Assembly (NCBI RefSeq): GCF_004353825.1
Contig: NZ_SMNA01000013.1
Location: forward strand, 62,001-126,000
DNA from: Occultella glacieicola
GTDB lineage: Bacteria > Actinomycetota > Actinomycetes > Actinomycetales > Beutenbergiaceae
Length of the DNA: 64,000 bases
Direction of reading: 5' to 3'
Below, piece by piece: positions 50,987 through 60,878 of this stretch. Below the pieces are notes generated by a model. That model made no database searches and was not told the DNA's origin. It worked only from the letters and a program-made list of their open reading frames with translations. Every line of letters begins with the position of its first letter. The stretch's first letter is position 1. A program made the translations under genes and the position numbers.

Positions 50987-51456
50987 GTGCATCGGCGCGT
51001 CTCGCCGAACTAGGGATCGCCCTGCCCGACGTGGTCCCGCCGGTCGCGTCCTACGTGCCGGCCCTGCGTCAGGGTGACCTCGTGCACACCTCCGGGCAAC
51101 TGCCGATGGTGGACGGCACGATGGCCCACACCGGCAAGGTGGGCGACGGTGACGGCCTCGTCAGCCCCACGGACGCGACCGCCCTCGCCCGGGTCGCGGC
51201 CCTGAACGGGCTCGCCGCGGTCTCGGCGCTGGTCGGTGGGGTGGACCGGATCGTCCGGGTGGTCAAGGTGCTCGGCTTCGTCGCCTCGGACCCCTCCTTC
51301 ACCGGTCAGCCCGGGGTGATCAACGGGGCCTCGAACGTGCTCCAGGAGATCTTCGGCGACGCGGGCGTGCACGCACGCTCCGCCGTCGGCGTGGCGGTCC
51401 TCCCGCTCGACGCGCCCGTCGAGGTGGAGCTGACCGTCGAGGTCCTGCCGGACTGA
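50983..51456 (+). CDS. RidA/YjgF family protein
   Basis: SYVPA, TSGQLP, NGAS and HARSAVGVAVLPLDAPVEVE motifs. Confidence 0.9.
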   Translation: MSASARLAELGIALPDVVPPVASYVPALRQGDLVHTSGQLPMVDGTMAHTGKVGDGDGLVSPTDATALARVAALNGLAAVSALVGGVDRIVRVVKVLGFVASDPSFTGQPGVINGASNVLQEIFGDAGVHARSAVGVAVLPLDAPVEVELTVEVLPD

Positions 51457-51527
51457 CGACAGGCCGGCCGGCGCACCCGCGCCGGCCCTGCGGCGTCGCC
51501 TCGGTCGAGCGCGCTGTTGCCCCTACG

Positions 51528-51552
51528 CCCCCGGCCAGTTGACCGGGGGTTT
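51528..51552 (+). terminator. Probable terminator between convergent ridA and crp
   Basis: CCCCCGGcCA-gt-TGaCCGGGGG followed by TTT. Confidence 0.5.
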
Positions 51553-51578
51553 CCGCGCGCTCGGCGGGGGCCAGAGGG

Positions 51579-52256
51579 TTAGCGGCCCCGGCGGGCGAGG
51601 CGGTCGACGTCGAGGAGGATGACGGACCGGCCCTGCAGTTGCAGCCAGCCCCGGGAGGAGAACTCGGCGAGGGCCTTGTTCACCGTCTCCCGGGTCGCGC
51701 CGACGAGTTGGGCCAGTTCCTCCTGGGTGAGGTCGTGGGTGACCTTCAGGCCGGCGTCGGTGCGTTCCCCGAACCGGCGGCCCAGGTCCAGCAGGGCCTT
51801 GGCGACCCGGCCGGGCACGTCGGAGAAGATCAGGTCCGCGACCTTGTCGTTCGTGCGTCGCAACCGCAGCGCCAGGGAGCGGAGCAGGTGCTGGGACACC
51901 TCCGGGCGGGCGTCGAGGATCTTCAGCAGCCCCTGGTGGCTCAGTTCGACGAGCTCGGTCGTGGCGAGCGCGGTGGCCGTCGCGGTGCGGGGGCCCGGGT
52001 CGTACAGGGAGACCTCGCCGAGGATCTCACCGGGGCCGAGGATGGCCAGCAGGTGCTCCCGGCCGTCCGGGGCGACGTGGCCGAGCTTCACCTTGCCGGA
52101 ACCGAGCACGAACAGGCGGTCCCCGGCCGAGCCCTCGTGGAAGATCTCCTCGCCGCGCCGGAACGTCAGGGATTCCATCCGTTCCCGGACCGCGAGGTAA
52201 CTCTCGTCGCTCAGCTCCGCGAAGAGTGGTGCGTTACGGACCACGGTCTCGTTCAT
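51579..52256 (-). CDS. crp: Crp/Fnr family regulator (actinobacterial Crp/GlxR type)
   Basis: cNMP domain (GEVSLYDPGPRTAT); DVPGRVAKALL; HTH LTQEELAQLVGATRETVNKAL. Confidence 0.9.
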   Translation of the reverse strand: MNETVVRNAPLFAELSDESYLAVRERMESLTFRRGEEIFHEGSAGDRLFVLGSGKVKLGHVAPDGREHLLAILGPGEILGEVSLYDPGPRTATATALATTELVELSHQGLLKILDARPEVSQHLLRSLALRLRRTNDKVADLIFSDVPGRVAKALLDLGRRFGERTDAGLKVTHDLTQEELAQLVGATRETVNKALAEFSSRGWLQLQGRSVILLDVDRLARRGR

Positions 52257-52291
52257 CGATTCTCCCTGTTCGGTGCCCAACGGGGCAGGCG

Positions 52292-52307
52292 TGTGAGGCA
52301 AGCCACA
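52292..52307. promoter_or_regulatory. CRP box upstream of crp
   Basis: TGTGA-GGCAAG-CCACA, 9/10 match to TGTGA-N6-TCACA. Confidence 0.6.
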
Positions 52308-52380
52308 GTCTGCCACCCACCCGGGCTTCGGGCAGACCGTGACAGGCCCGAACGCGGCCCGGACCCGGGCGCCGGGGCGC

Positions 52381-53289
52381 TCACGGCAGTTCGGCGAGCC
52401 AGGCGAGCAGCAACCCACCCACCTCCTGTGGTGCCTCCTCCGACAAGAAGTGACCTGCGCCGTCGAGCACCACCCGGCTGTACCGCGCGGTGACCATCTC
52501 GCCGTCGCGGCGGCAGGAGCGCGGCGGCAGGTTCCCGTCCGCGGAGCCGTGCAGGGACAGGACCGGCACCGTGACCGGGTCCGAGACGGCGGCCCGGAAC
52601 CGGCGACCGTCGCTGCGGGGGGTGGAGCGCACGAGCCAGCGGATCTGCTCCATCGCGCTGTGGGCGACGAACGGCAGCCGCATCGCGTCGGTGTAGAGCT
52701 CGACGTCGGGGCTCCGCCAGCCGGACGCGCCCCACGCGTGCAGCAACCGGGCGACCTGGTCGCCGCGGATGAGTGAGCGCTCCGGGAACCACGGCAGCTG
52801 GAACTGGGCCAGCCGAGCGATCGTGCCCGCCGGCGCCGCCCGGTGTGACACCGAGTGCAGGAACACCGGGTGCGGCGCGGCCAGCACGCCGATGGCCCGG
52901 GTGACCCGGGGCGCCATGGCCGGCATCGACCAGGCCACCTGCCCGCCGATGCCATGCCCGACCACGACCGCCTCGGTGGCGCCGAGGGAGCGGATCACCC
53001 CGCTGACGTCGGCGACCATCGAGGGGGTGTCGTGGCCGACCGGCGGCTTGTCCGAGCCGGCGAACCCGCGCAGGTCCATGGCCGCGACCCGGTAGCCGGC
53101 GTCCGCCAGCATCGGGATCTGCGCCCGCCACGCCCACCAGAATTGGGGAAAGCCGTGCAGGAGCACCACCAGCGGGGCGTCGCCGTCGTCGGGGCCGGCG
53201 AGCGCCACGTGGAACCGGCCACCGTTCGCGGCGACCATCCGGTGGGTCCACGGGCCATCGCCGAGGATGATCGAGGGGTCGACGGTCAC
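52381..53289 (-). CDS. Alpha/beta hydrolase (epoxide-hydrolase-like)
   Basis: LLHGFPQFWWAW, DLRGFAGS, GHGIGG and GHF motifs. Confidence 0.85.
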   Translation of the reverse strand: MTVDPSIILGDGPWTHRMVAANGGRFHVALAGPDDGDAPLVVLLHGFPQFWWAWRAQIPMLADAGYRVAAMDLRGFAGSDKPPVGHDTPSMVADVSGVIRSLGATEAVVVGHGIGGQVAWSMPAMAPRVTRAIGVLAAPHPVFLHSVSHRAAPAGTIARLAQFQLPWFPERSLIRGDQVARLLHAWGASGWRSPDVELYTDAMRLPFVAHSAMEQIRWLVRSTPRSDGRRFRAAVSDPVTVPVLSLHGSADGNLPPRSCRRDGEMVTARYSRVVLDGAGHFLSEEAPQEVGGLLLAWLAELP

Positions 53290-53316
53290 GGGACCCGAGG
53301 CTACCCCCCAACCCCC

Positions 53317-53351
53317 GGCGTACCCCGGCACCGCCGTGCCCGGGGTACGCC
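53317..53351 (-). terminator. Hairpin downstream of acs
   Basis: GGCGTACCCCGGCAC-cgcc-GTGCCcGGGGTACGCC. Confidence 0.55.
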
Positions 53352-53359
53352 CGGACCGG

Positions 53360-55351
53360 TCAGTCGGCGGCTGGTGCGGCGTTCAGGCCGGAGGAGATCA
53401 GGTCCATGACGGAGGTGTCGGCGAGGGTGGTGACGTCTCCGACGGGGCGGTGCTCGGCGACGTCGCGCAGGAGACGGCGCATGATCTTGCCGGATCGGGT
53501 CTTGGGGAGTTCGGCGACGACGAGGATCGATCGGGGTTTGGCGATGGGGCCGATCTCCTTGGCGACGTGGTTGCGTAGTTCGGCGACGACGTCGTGGCCC
53601 TCGCCGGCTTCGTCGGCACGTTCGACGGCTTCCCCGCGCAGGATCACGAACGCGACGACGGCTTGGCCGGTGGTGTCGTCGGAGGCACCCACGACCGCGG
53701 CCTCGGCGACCCAGTCGTGGGAGACCAGGGCGGACTCGATCTCGGTGGTGGACAGGCGGTGGCCGGAGACGTTCATGACATCGTCGACACGGCCGAGGAG
53801 CCAGATGTTGCCGTCCTCGTCGTACTTGGCGCCGTCGCCGGCGAAGTAGGTGCCGGGGAACCGGGACCAGTAGGTGTCCTTGAAGCGTTCGGGGTCGCCC
53901 CAGATGCCGCGCAGCATGGAGGGCCAGGGCTCGTCCAGGACGAGGTAGCCGCCGCCGCCCTTGCCGACGGGTTCGCCGGCGTCGTTCCAGATGTCGGCGC
54001 TGATGCCCGGCAGTGGGGTCTGCGCCGAGCCGGGCCTGGCGGCGGTGACGCCGGGCAGCGGGGAGATCATGATGGCGCCGGTCTCGGTCTGCCACCAGGT
54101 GTCCACGATCGGGGTGCGGTCGGCGCCGATGACGCGGCGGTACCACATCCAGGCCTCGGGGTTGATCGGTTCACCGACGCTGCCGAGGACCCGCAGCGAG
54201 CTGAGGTCGAACTCGGCCGGGACCTGTTCGCCCCACTTCATGCAGGTGCGGATCGCCGTCGGTGCGGTGTAGAGGATGGTGACCTGGTACTTGGCGACGA
54301 TCTCCCACCAGCGGCCCTTGTGCGGGGTGTCCGGGGTGCCCTCGTAGAGGACCTGGGTGGCGCCGTTGATCAGCGGCCCGTAGGTGACGTAGGAGTGGCC
54401 GGTGACCCAGCCGACGTCGGCGGTGCACCAGTACACATCCGTCTCGGGTTTGAGGTCGAAGACCACCGAGTGGGTGTAGGCGCACTGGGTCAGGTAGCCG
54501 CCGGTGGTGTGCAGGATGCCCTTCGGCTTCCCGGTGGTGCCGGAGGTGTACAGGATGAACAGGGGGTGCTCGGCGTCCACCGGCACCGGGGTGTGCTCGG
54601 TCGAGGCGCCCGCGAGGGCCTCGTGCCACCACACGTCCCGCCCGTCGGTCCAGGCCACGTCCTGTTCGGTGCGGGCGACCACGAGCACGTTGGTCACGTT
54701 CGTGGCGCCCTTGGTCAGGGCCTCGTCGACGGCCGGCTTGAGGGCGCTGGGCTTGCCGCGGCGGTAGCCGCCGTCGGCGGTGATGACGAGCTTGGCGTCG
54801 GCGTCGGTGATCCGGGAGAACAGGGCCTCGGCCGAGAACCCACCGAACACCACCGAGTGGGTGGCCCCGATCCGCGCGCAGGCGAGCATCGCGATGACCG
54901 CCTCGGGGATCATCGGCAGGTAGATCGCGACCCGGTCACCGGTGCTGACCCCGAGCGCGCCGAGAGCGTTCGCCGCGCGGGACACCTCGTCCTTGAGGTC
55001 GGCGTAGGTCAGGGAGCGGGTGTCGCCCGGCTCGCCCTCGAACAGGATCGCGACCCGGTCCCCGTGACCGGCCTCGACATGCCGGTCGACCGCGTTGTAC
55101 GCGGCGTTCAGCTGCCCGTCGGCGAACCAGCGCGCCGTCGGTGCCCCGGAGAAGTCGAGGACCTCGGTGAACGGCTTGGACCAGGTCAGGTAGTTCCGGG
55201 CCTGATCGGCCCAGAACCCGAGCCGATCCGCGGCCGCACGCTCGTACAACTCCGGCTGGGCATTCGCCCGTGCCGCGAACTCCGCACTGGGCGGGAACGA
55301 CCGCGTCTCTGAGAGCAGGTTCTCCAACGCGGGGCTGTGCTGGTCCGTCAC
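53360..55351 (-). CDS. acs: Acetate--CoA ligase
   Basis: [31 protein letters not shown] and [11 protein letters not shown] motifs; GGAGG SD before GTG 55351. Confidence 0.96.
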   Translation of the reverse strand: MTDQHSPALENLLSETRSFPPSAEFAARANAQPELYERAAADRLGFWADQARNYLTWSKPFTEVLDFSGAPTARWFADGQLNAAYNAVDRHVEAGHGDRVAILFEGEPGDTRSLTYADLKDEVSRAANALGALGVSTGDRVAIYLPMIPEAVIAMLACARIGATHSVVFGGFSAEALFSRITDADAKLVITADGGYRRGKPSALKPAVDEALTKGATNVTNVLVVARTEQDVAWTDGRDVWWHEALAGASTEHTPVPVDAEHPLFILYTSGTTGKPKGILHTTGGYLTQCAYTHSVVFDLKPETDVYWCTADVGWVTGHSYVTYGPLINGATQVLYEGTPDTPHKGRWWEIVAKYQVTILYTAPTAIRTCMKWGEQVPAEFDLSSLRVLGSVGEPINPEAWMWYRRVIGADRTPIVDTWWQTETGAIMISPLPGVTAARPGSAQTPLPGISADIWNDAGEPVGKGGGGYLVLDEPWPSMLRGIWGDPERFKDTYWSRFPGTYFAGDGAKYDEDGNIWLLGRVDDVMNVSGHRLSTTEIESALVSHDWVAEAAVVGASDDTTGQAVVAFVILRGEAVERADEAGEGHDVVAELRNHVAKEIGPIAKPRSILVVAELPKTRSGKIMRRLLRDVAEHRPVGDVTTLADTSVMDLISSGLNAAPAAD

Positions 55352-55412
55352 GGTTCCTCCGAGCAGCATCGACGGTGCATAGATTTCGCTGGTCAGCCTA
55401 TGCCCATCGGCC

Positions 55413-55468
55413 GGACCCGTGAGGACACGTGAGGACACGTGAGGACACGTGAAGACACGTGAGGACCC
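55413..55468. repeat. 10-bp tandem repeat (GAGGACACGT) x~5.5 upstream of acs
   Basis: ggacccgt GAGGACACGT GAGGACACGT GAGGACACGT GAAGACACGT GAGGACcc. Confidence 0.9.
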
Positions 55469-55544
55469 GGTCGGCACGAGGGACGACGACGAACGGGGCG
55501 GCCCGGCGCTCATGCGCCGGACCGCCCCGTCCCGGGTCGTGGAC

Positions 55545-56747
55545 TCACTCGAGCCCGACGGCGGCCTTGCGTCGTTCTTCCCGCCGGCCCTGGCGCCGAG
55601 CGCCGTGGGAGACGATGCCCGTGAAGATCAGGACGACGCCGTAGACCAGCAGCCGGCCGGTCTGGCCGTCGGACAGCAGGTGGTCGTAGATGTTCGTGCC
55701 GAACTGGTCGAGCCGCTCGAACACCGGCGCGGCCTGCTCGTCCAGGAAGTCCAGCACGACGCGGGGCACGGCGAGGAACGCGGCGCCGATGAGGGCACCG
55801 ACCGAGCCCATCACGATCGAGCCCACCGAGGACCAGCGGGCCGCGACGAAGAGCGCGACGAGCGCGAGGATGCCCCCGCCGAGCTCGATGAACCCGGCCA
55901 CGTTGATCTGGTCGAGGTTGGTGGTCTGCGCGTGCTGGATCCGGTCACCGCCGTCGGCGATCAGGAACCAGGAGACCGGGGTGAACACCAGGGCGATGAG
56001 GATGGCCCACCAGTGGGCGGCGGTGCGGGACTGCGGGCCTTCGTCCCAGTCCTCGAACGGGTCGTCCTCCCCGCGTGTGGCCGTCCGGTCGGCCACCGGG
56101 GCGTCGGCCCGGGCGTCGCCGGTCCCGGCCGCGACGGCGGCCGCACCGGCTCCCGGTCCCGGGTCCGGTTCTGCCGTGGTCGTCTCGGGCGCGGAGCCCA
56201 CGGCCGTGGTGCCGGCCGTGCTCGTGCCGGCCGCCGTGGTTCCGGCCGCTGCTCCGGCCTCCTCGGCGGAGGCGGCGCTCTCTCCGGACGGACGGCCGAA
56301 CCGGCGCGCACGCTCGGCGCGGATCGCCTCGTCCTCCTCGCGGGTGGGGGCAGGGGGCACGTCGTCCTCCAGGGGGTCGTCGGCGTCGAGGGCCTGGGGG
56401 GTGTCCTCGACGGGGCGGGTCGTGGGTCGCTCGGTCGCCGGCAGGTCGCTGCCTGCCGTGGTCACCGGCGCGGCAGGGAGGTCGGTGCCGGCCGCCGTGG
56501 GTTCGTCGGCGACGTCGGACTCGGAGACCGGCTCGATGGGGTCGGCGGGTTCATCCGGGGGGCCGGCCGTCTCGACGATCGGGTCCGGCGCCACGGCGGG
56601 CTCGGTCGGCACGGCGGCGCCGGTGTCCGTCGACGGGGTGGGCAGCACGCCGCCCTGCGTGGGCGCGTTTGGAGTCGCGGCGGTGTCGTCGGCGGGTGCG
56701 GGGTTCACCTCGTCCTTGTCACCTGCGCGGGGCGGGTCGGTACTCAC
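55545..56747 (-). CDS. Hypothetical membrane protein (acidic Pro/Ala/Thr-rich N-terminus, ~4 C-terminal TM helices)
   Basis: GGAGGA SD before GTG; low-complexity N-terminal half; hydrophobic helices ending [12 protein letters not shown]. Confidence 0.75.
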   Translation of the reverse strand: MSTDPPRAGDKDEVNPAPADDTAATPNAPTQGGVLPTPSTDTGAAVPTEPAVAPDPIVETAGPPDEPADPIEPVSESDVADEPTAAGTDLPAAPVTTAGSDLPATERPTTRPVEDTPQALDADDPLEDDVPPAPTREEDEAIRAERARRFGRPSGESAASAEEAGAAAGTTAAGTSTAGTTAVGSAPETTTAEPDPGPGAGAAAVAAGTGDARADAPVADRTATRGEDDPFEDWDEGPQSRTAAHWWAILIALVFTPVSWFLIADGGDRIQHAQTTNLDQINVAGFIELGGGILALVALFVAARWSSVGSIVMGSVGALIGAAFLAVPRVVLDFLDEQAAPVFERLDQFGTNIYDHLLSDGQTGRLLVYGVVLIFTGIVSHGARRQGRREERRKAAVGLE

Positions 56748-56833
56748 TGGATCCTCCAAGATCGTCGTGTGGAGTCACCGTAGCGAGGCGGGCCGTGCAC
56801 ATCCGAGGGGCGCGCCGAACCGGCCCGGCACCG

Positions 56834-56997
56834 AAAACACGCAACGACGGCGCCCGTCGGGCGCCGTCGTCACCTTCAGTGGCGTACGAGCGATCAAGCG
56901 TGCACATCCGGTTCGGGTCGCTACGGGACGGATCCCGGTCGCCCGGTCCTATTCGTGGACCTATCGCGCGTGGGTACTCGCCGCTGCTGGAGTTGTT
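56834..56997 (-). ncRNA. Candidate Ms1-like RNA-polymerase-binding sRNA
   Basis: TTCCCA-17nt-TAGACA promoter-like pair (57031-57003); 12-bp terminator hairpin 56844-56870 with GTGTTTT tail; ACCCACGCG and TGCACGCTTG motifs; position divergent from ssd-tadA near acs. Confidence 0.55.
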
Positions 56998-57162
56998 CTC
57001 CATGTCTACTCCTTCTGGCTGGGGTTGGGAAGAGGACCAACGTCCCGGCTCCGCGCCCGTGTCCACAGGAGGAGCCCGATCCATCACCGTCCACAGCGGG
57101 CCCGGCGCGGCCGTGGACGGGCCGGGCCCCGTGGGCATGCTCAAGGCCCGACCCGAGGAGTC

Positions 57163-58182
57163 ATGGTGTCCCTGGAGCAACCGTTCATCGCCCTGCGTTC
57201 GGCCGACGCCACCCTGATCGAGGCGGTGCGGGCGGTCACCTCCCTCGCCGGCGTGCCGCTGGCCATCCACCCACCGGCCGCCGGCCCCCCGGAGGCGGGG
57301 CTGCTCTTGGACAGCGCCACCGAGTGGGGTCCGCAGGACCCGTCGTGGACGGAGCTACGGCACCGTTCCGCGTGGGTCAGTGCCGTGCCGGAGGCACAAG
57401 CGCCCGACGGCGGAGCGTGCCTGGTTCTCCCGGGTGACGCCGAGCAGGTGCTCGCCAGGGCCAGGGCCGGCACCCGGACCCGGCGCGCGCAGGTGGTCGG
57501 CGTGGTCGGGGCGCGCGGTGGCGTGGGCACGTCCGCGCTGGCCACCGCGCTCGCTCGGGCGTGCGCGGACGCCGGTCTTGGCGTGGCCCTCGCCGACCTG
57601 GACGTGACCGGGGCCGGCGTGGAACTCCTTCTGGGCATCGAGCACGAGGGCGGGGTCCGGTGGGCCGACCTGGCCGGGGGCCGCGGCGCCTACGACGCCG
57701 AGTCCATCTCGGTGGCACTACCGGTCTGGCACGGCGTACACGTGCTCTCCGCGGACTGGCGGGGCGGCCCGGCGCCCGGCGCCGAGACCCCGGTCCTGGA
57801 CGCCCTCGCCGCTGCCCATGACGTGCTGGTCCTCGACCTCGCGCGGGGTCCGGCGGAGCCTGGGCAGGAGAACGCGGCCGCCTTCTGCGACGTGGTCCTG
57901 GTGCTCGCGACCTGTGACGTCGCCTCCGCCGCAGGCGCCCAGGTGGTGGCGCGCGCGGTGACCGGCGCGGACGTGCGCCTGGTGGTGCGGGGGCCGGCGC
58001 CCGGTGGGCTGACGGCGGAGGAGATCGCGCAGACCTGCGACCTGCCGTTGGAGCTGACGATGCGTCCCGAGCGGTCCCTCGCCGCCGCCGTCGAACGTGG
58101 CGTCGCGCCCGGGGAGCAGCGCCGCGGGCCGTTGATCCGAGGGGCGCGCACCCTCGTGGGCCGACTCGGTCTCGCGGACTGA
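57163..58182 (+). CDS. ssd: Septum site-determining protein Ssd (CpaE/TadZ-like)
   Basis: GARGGVGTS deviant Walker A; GVELLLGIE, VRWADL, VLVLDL and LVVRGP motifs. Confidence 0.85.
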   Translation: MVSLEQPFIALRSADATLIEAVRAVTSLAGVPLAIHPPAAGPPEAGLLLDSATEWGPQDPSWTELRHRSAWVSAVPEAQAPDGGACLVLPGDAEQVLARARAGTRTRRAQVVGVVGARGGVGTSALATALARACADAGLGVALADLDVTGAGVELLLGIEHEGGVRWADLAGGRGAYDAESISVALPVWHGVHVLSADWRGGPAPGAETPVLDALAAAHDVLVLDLARGPAEPGQENAAAFCDVVLVLATCDVASAAGAQVVARAVTGADVRLVVRGPAPGGLTAEEIAQTCDLPLELTMRPERSLAAAVERGVAPGEQRRGPLIRGARTLVGRLGLAD

Positions 58183-58193
58183 CCGGCGCGACC

Positions 58194-59345
58194 GTGACGA
58201 ACCCCGGCATCACCGGAGTGCGCGACCGCCTTCTCGCGGGCGACCGGGCCGCGAGCGCGGACCCGGGGCAGGTCGCCCGAGCGGTCCGGGAGACGTCCTC
58301 CACGCAGGGGGACCGGGACCTGATCGCCCTGGCCCGGGACGCCCGCGCCGAACTCCTCGGCGCCGGGCCGGTGCTGCAGCCGCTCCTCGACGACCCGCTC
58401 GTGACCGACGTCCTGGTCAACGCCGACCAGGGCGTCTGGACGGACCGTGGCGACGGCCTGCGGCGCGTGCCCGCGGCCGGACTCGGCGACACCCGGGCGC
58501 TGGCGACCCGGCTCGCGGCGGTCGCCGGGCAGCGACTGGATGACGCGGCGCCGGTGGCCGAGGGGCGCCTGCCGGACGGCACCCGGCTGCACGCCGTGCT
58601 CGCCCCACTCAGCGCCGAAGGTGCGCTGATCTCCCTACGTACCGTCCGCCGTCAGGCATTCCGCCTCCCCGAACTCGTGGCCGGCGGCTTCCTCGACGAC
58701 CGGGCCGCCCAGATCCTCGCCCAGCTCGTGCGGGTCCGTGCGAACGTCCTGGTCAGCGGCGCGACCGGCAGCGGGAAGACCACGCTGCTCGCGAGCATGC
58801 TCTCGATCGTGCCGGCGGACGAACGGATCGTGTGCATCGAGGAGGCCGCCGAGCTCGCCCCCGACCACCCGCACGTGGTGCATCTGCAGGTGCGGCGGCC
58901 GAACGTCCAGGGCGTCGGCGGGATCGGGCTGGACTACCTGGTGCGGACGGCCATGCGGATGCGCCCGGACCGGTTGGTGCTGGGGGAGTGCCGCGGAGCG
59001 GAGGTGCGGGAGGTGCTCGGTGCCCTGAACACCGGGCACGACGGCGGCTGGGCCACCGTGCATGCGAACGCCGCGACCGACGTCCCGGCCCGCCTGGCGG
59101 CGCTCGGGTCCCTCGCCGGACTCAGTCCCGCGGCCGTCGCGGTCCAGGCGCTCAGCGCCGTCGACGCGGTCGTGCATCTGCGCCGGACGGAGGGGCGACG
59201 CCACGTCGACCAGATCGCCGTCCTCGAGCCCGACGGCGATGGCGGCATGCGCTGTGAGGTTGCCATGGGCGGGGACGGCCACGGCGGCTGGTGGTGGGGC
59301 CCGGGCTGGCCGGCGCTCGCCGAGCGTCTGGACTCGGCGCGATGA
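58194..59345 (+). CDS. tadA: TadA/CpaF pilus assembly ATPase
   Basis: VTDVLVN, GATGSGKTT, IEEAAEL, RMRPDRLVLGECRG and NTGHDGG motifs. Confidence 0.93.
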   Translation: MTNPGITGVRDRLLAGDRAASADPGQVARAVRETSSTQGDRDLIALARDARAELLGAGPVLQPLLDDPLVTDVLVNADQGVWTDRGDGLRRVPAAGLGDTRALATRLAAVAGQRLDDAAPVAEGRLPDGTRLHAVLAPLSAEGALISLRTVRRQAFRLPELVAGGFLDDRAAQILAQLVRVRANVLVSGATGSGKTTLLASMLSIVPADERIVCIEEAAELAPDHPHVVHLQVRRPNVQGVGGIGLDYLVRTAMRMRPDRLVLGECRGAEVREVLGALNTGHDGGWATVHANAATDVPARLAALGSLAGLSPAAVAVQALSAVDAVVHLRRTEGRRHVDQIAVLEPDGDGGMRCEVAMGGDGHGGWWWGPGWPALAERLDSAR

Positions 59346-60157
59346 GTGGCGCGGCCGTACTGGCGGCCCTGCTCGGCGTGGTCGCCGTGTGGCTGCTGAC
59401 GGCGTCCGGTCACCGGGGCCCGCCGACCAGCCGGCGCCGGCCCGGGCCGGGTACCGATCGCCGCCGCCCGGGCGGCCGGACTCGTGGGTGGGGCCGGCGG
59501 CGGACGGAGTCGCAGCTGCGGATCGGGGAGGTACTCGTGGAGGTTGCCGCGAGGCTACGGTCCGGTTCCGACGTCGGGTCCGCATGGCAGAAGGCGCTCA
59601 CCGGCTCCGGCACGGAGGGCCCGTTGTCCGCCGTGAGTGCGACCGACCCGGCGCCGGAGCGGATGCCGACGTCCGTGGCGGGGCCGAGGGCTCCTGCCGT
59701 GCGACGTCCGCCACCGGTCCCCGGCGCAGCGCCCGAGGCACGCGATGCTGCTCCCGGTGTCCCCGCTCCACTGGCCGAACTCGCCAGCCGGGTGGGTGCC
59801 GGCCCGGACGCCGCCCAGGTGGCCGGCGCGATCGCCGCCTGCCGGGTCGCCCATCGTGTCGGCACGCCTTTGGCGGACGTGCTCGAGCGTTGCGCCGGCG
59901 GCTTGGTGGAGTCGGCGGAGGCGGCGTCGGCGCGGCGCACGGCGCTGGCGGGCCCGAGGTCGACGGCGCGCCTGCTCGCCTGGCTGCCGCTGGCCGGGGT
60001 GCTGCTCGGGACCGCACTGGGTGCCGACCCGGTCGGCGTGCTGCTCGGCGGTGGGGTCGGCGGGCTGTGCCTCGTGCTCGGCGGCGCGTTCCTGATCGTC
60101 GGCCGGCGTTGGGTCGCCGCCCTGGTGCATCGGGCCGAACGGGCCGGTGGCGCATGA
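59342..60157 (+). CDS. TadB-like (T2SS F family) membrane protein
   Basis: AARLRSG, GTPLADVL, ALAGPRSTARLLAWLP and LGADP motifs. Confidence 0.82.
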   Translation: MSGAAVLAALLGVVAVWLLTASGHRGPPTSRRRPGPGTDRRRPGGRTRGWGRRRTESQLRIGEVLVEVAARLRSGSDVGSAWQKALTGSGTEGPLSAVSATDPAPERMPTSVAGPRAPAVRRPPPVPGAAPEARDAAPGVPAPLAELASRVGAGPDAAQVAGAIAACRVAHRVGTPLADVLERCAGGLVESAEAASARRTALAGPRSTARLLAWLPLAGVLLGTALGADPVGVLLGGGVGGLCLVLGGAFLIVGRRWVAALVHRAERAGGA

Positions 60158-60278
60158 GCGGAGCTTCGAGTGGAGCCGGTCGGGTGGGTGTGCGTGGCGG
60201 GTCGGGTCGAACGGACCTGGTCGGTGCGAGATGCGGGTCGGGTCGAACCGGCCGGATCGGCCTGGACGGCGGCTCGGG

Positions 60279-60878
60279 ATGAGTCCGGCCTGGCTCGCCG
60301 CGGCGCTCCTCGTGCTCGCGTCCCTGCCGTGGGCGGTGCGACGCCCACGGGTCGCCCACGCGCCGCCGGCCCGGCCCGGCCCGGCGACCGAGCCCGGCGA
60401 ACGGGGCCGCTTCCGGTGGTGGCGGGGGCAGCGCCGACCGACCGACCCGGTCGTCGATCCCGCCGTGGTGCTCGACCTTCTCGACGCGACCCTCGCGGCG
60501 GGGGTGTCGATCCCGGCGGCCCTCGATGCGCTCGGGCAGGCCCTGCCGGCGACCCAGGGCGAACCGCTCCGGCGGGTCGCCGGTGCCCTCCGGCTCGGTG
60601 CCGACTGGGACCAGGCCTGGCAGGGGACCGACGACTCCTGGGCCGCGGTGTCGCGTGCCCTGGCCCCGGCCTGGTGCGACGGTGTCGCCCCCGGAGCGGG
60701 GCTGCGCCAGGCCGCCGAAGGAATCCGCGCCCGCCGCGGCGCGAGTGCCCGCGAGGCCGCCGCCCGCCTCGGGGTGCAGCTCGTACTCCCACTCGGGCTG
60801 TGCCTGCTCCCGGCGTTCGTGCTGCTCGGGTTGGTTCCGGTGCTGTTGTCCACGGGTGTCGACCTGCTCGGCCCATGA
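60279..60878 (+). CDS. TadC-like (T2SS F family) membrane protein
   Basis: LDLLDATLAAG and AARLGVQLVLPLGLCLLPAFVLLGLVP motifs. Confidence 0.82.
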   Translation: MSPAWLAAALLVLASLPWAVRRPRVAHAPPARPGPATEPGERGRFRWWRGQRRPTDPVVDPAVVLDLLDATLAAGVSIPAALDALGQALPATQGEPLRRVAGALRLGADWDQAWQGTDDSWAAVSRALAPAWCDGVAPGAGLRQAAEGIRARRGASAREAAARLGVQLVLPLGLCLLPAFVLLGLVPVLLSTGVDLLGP

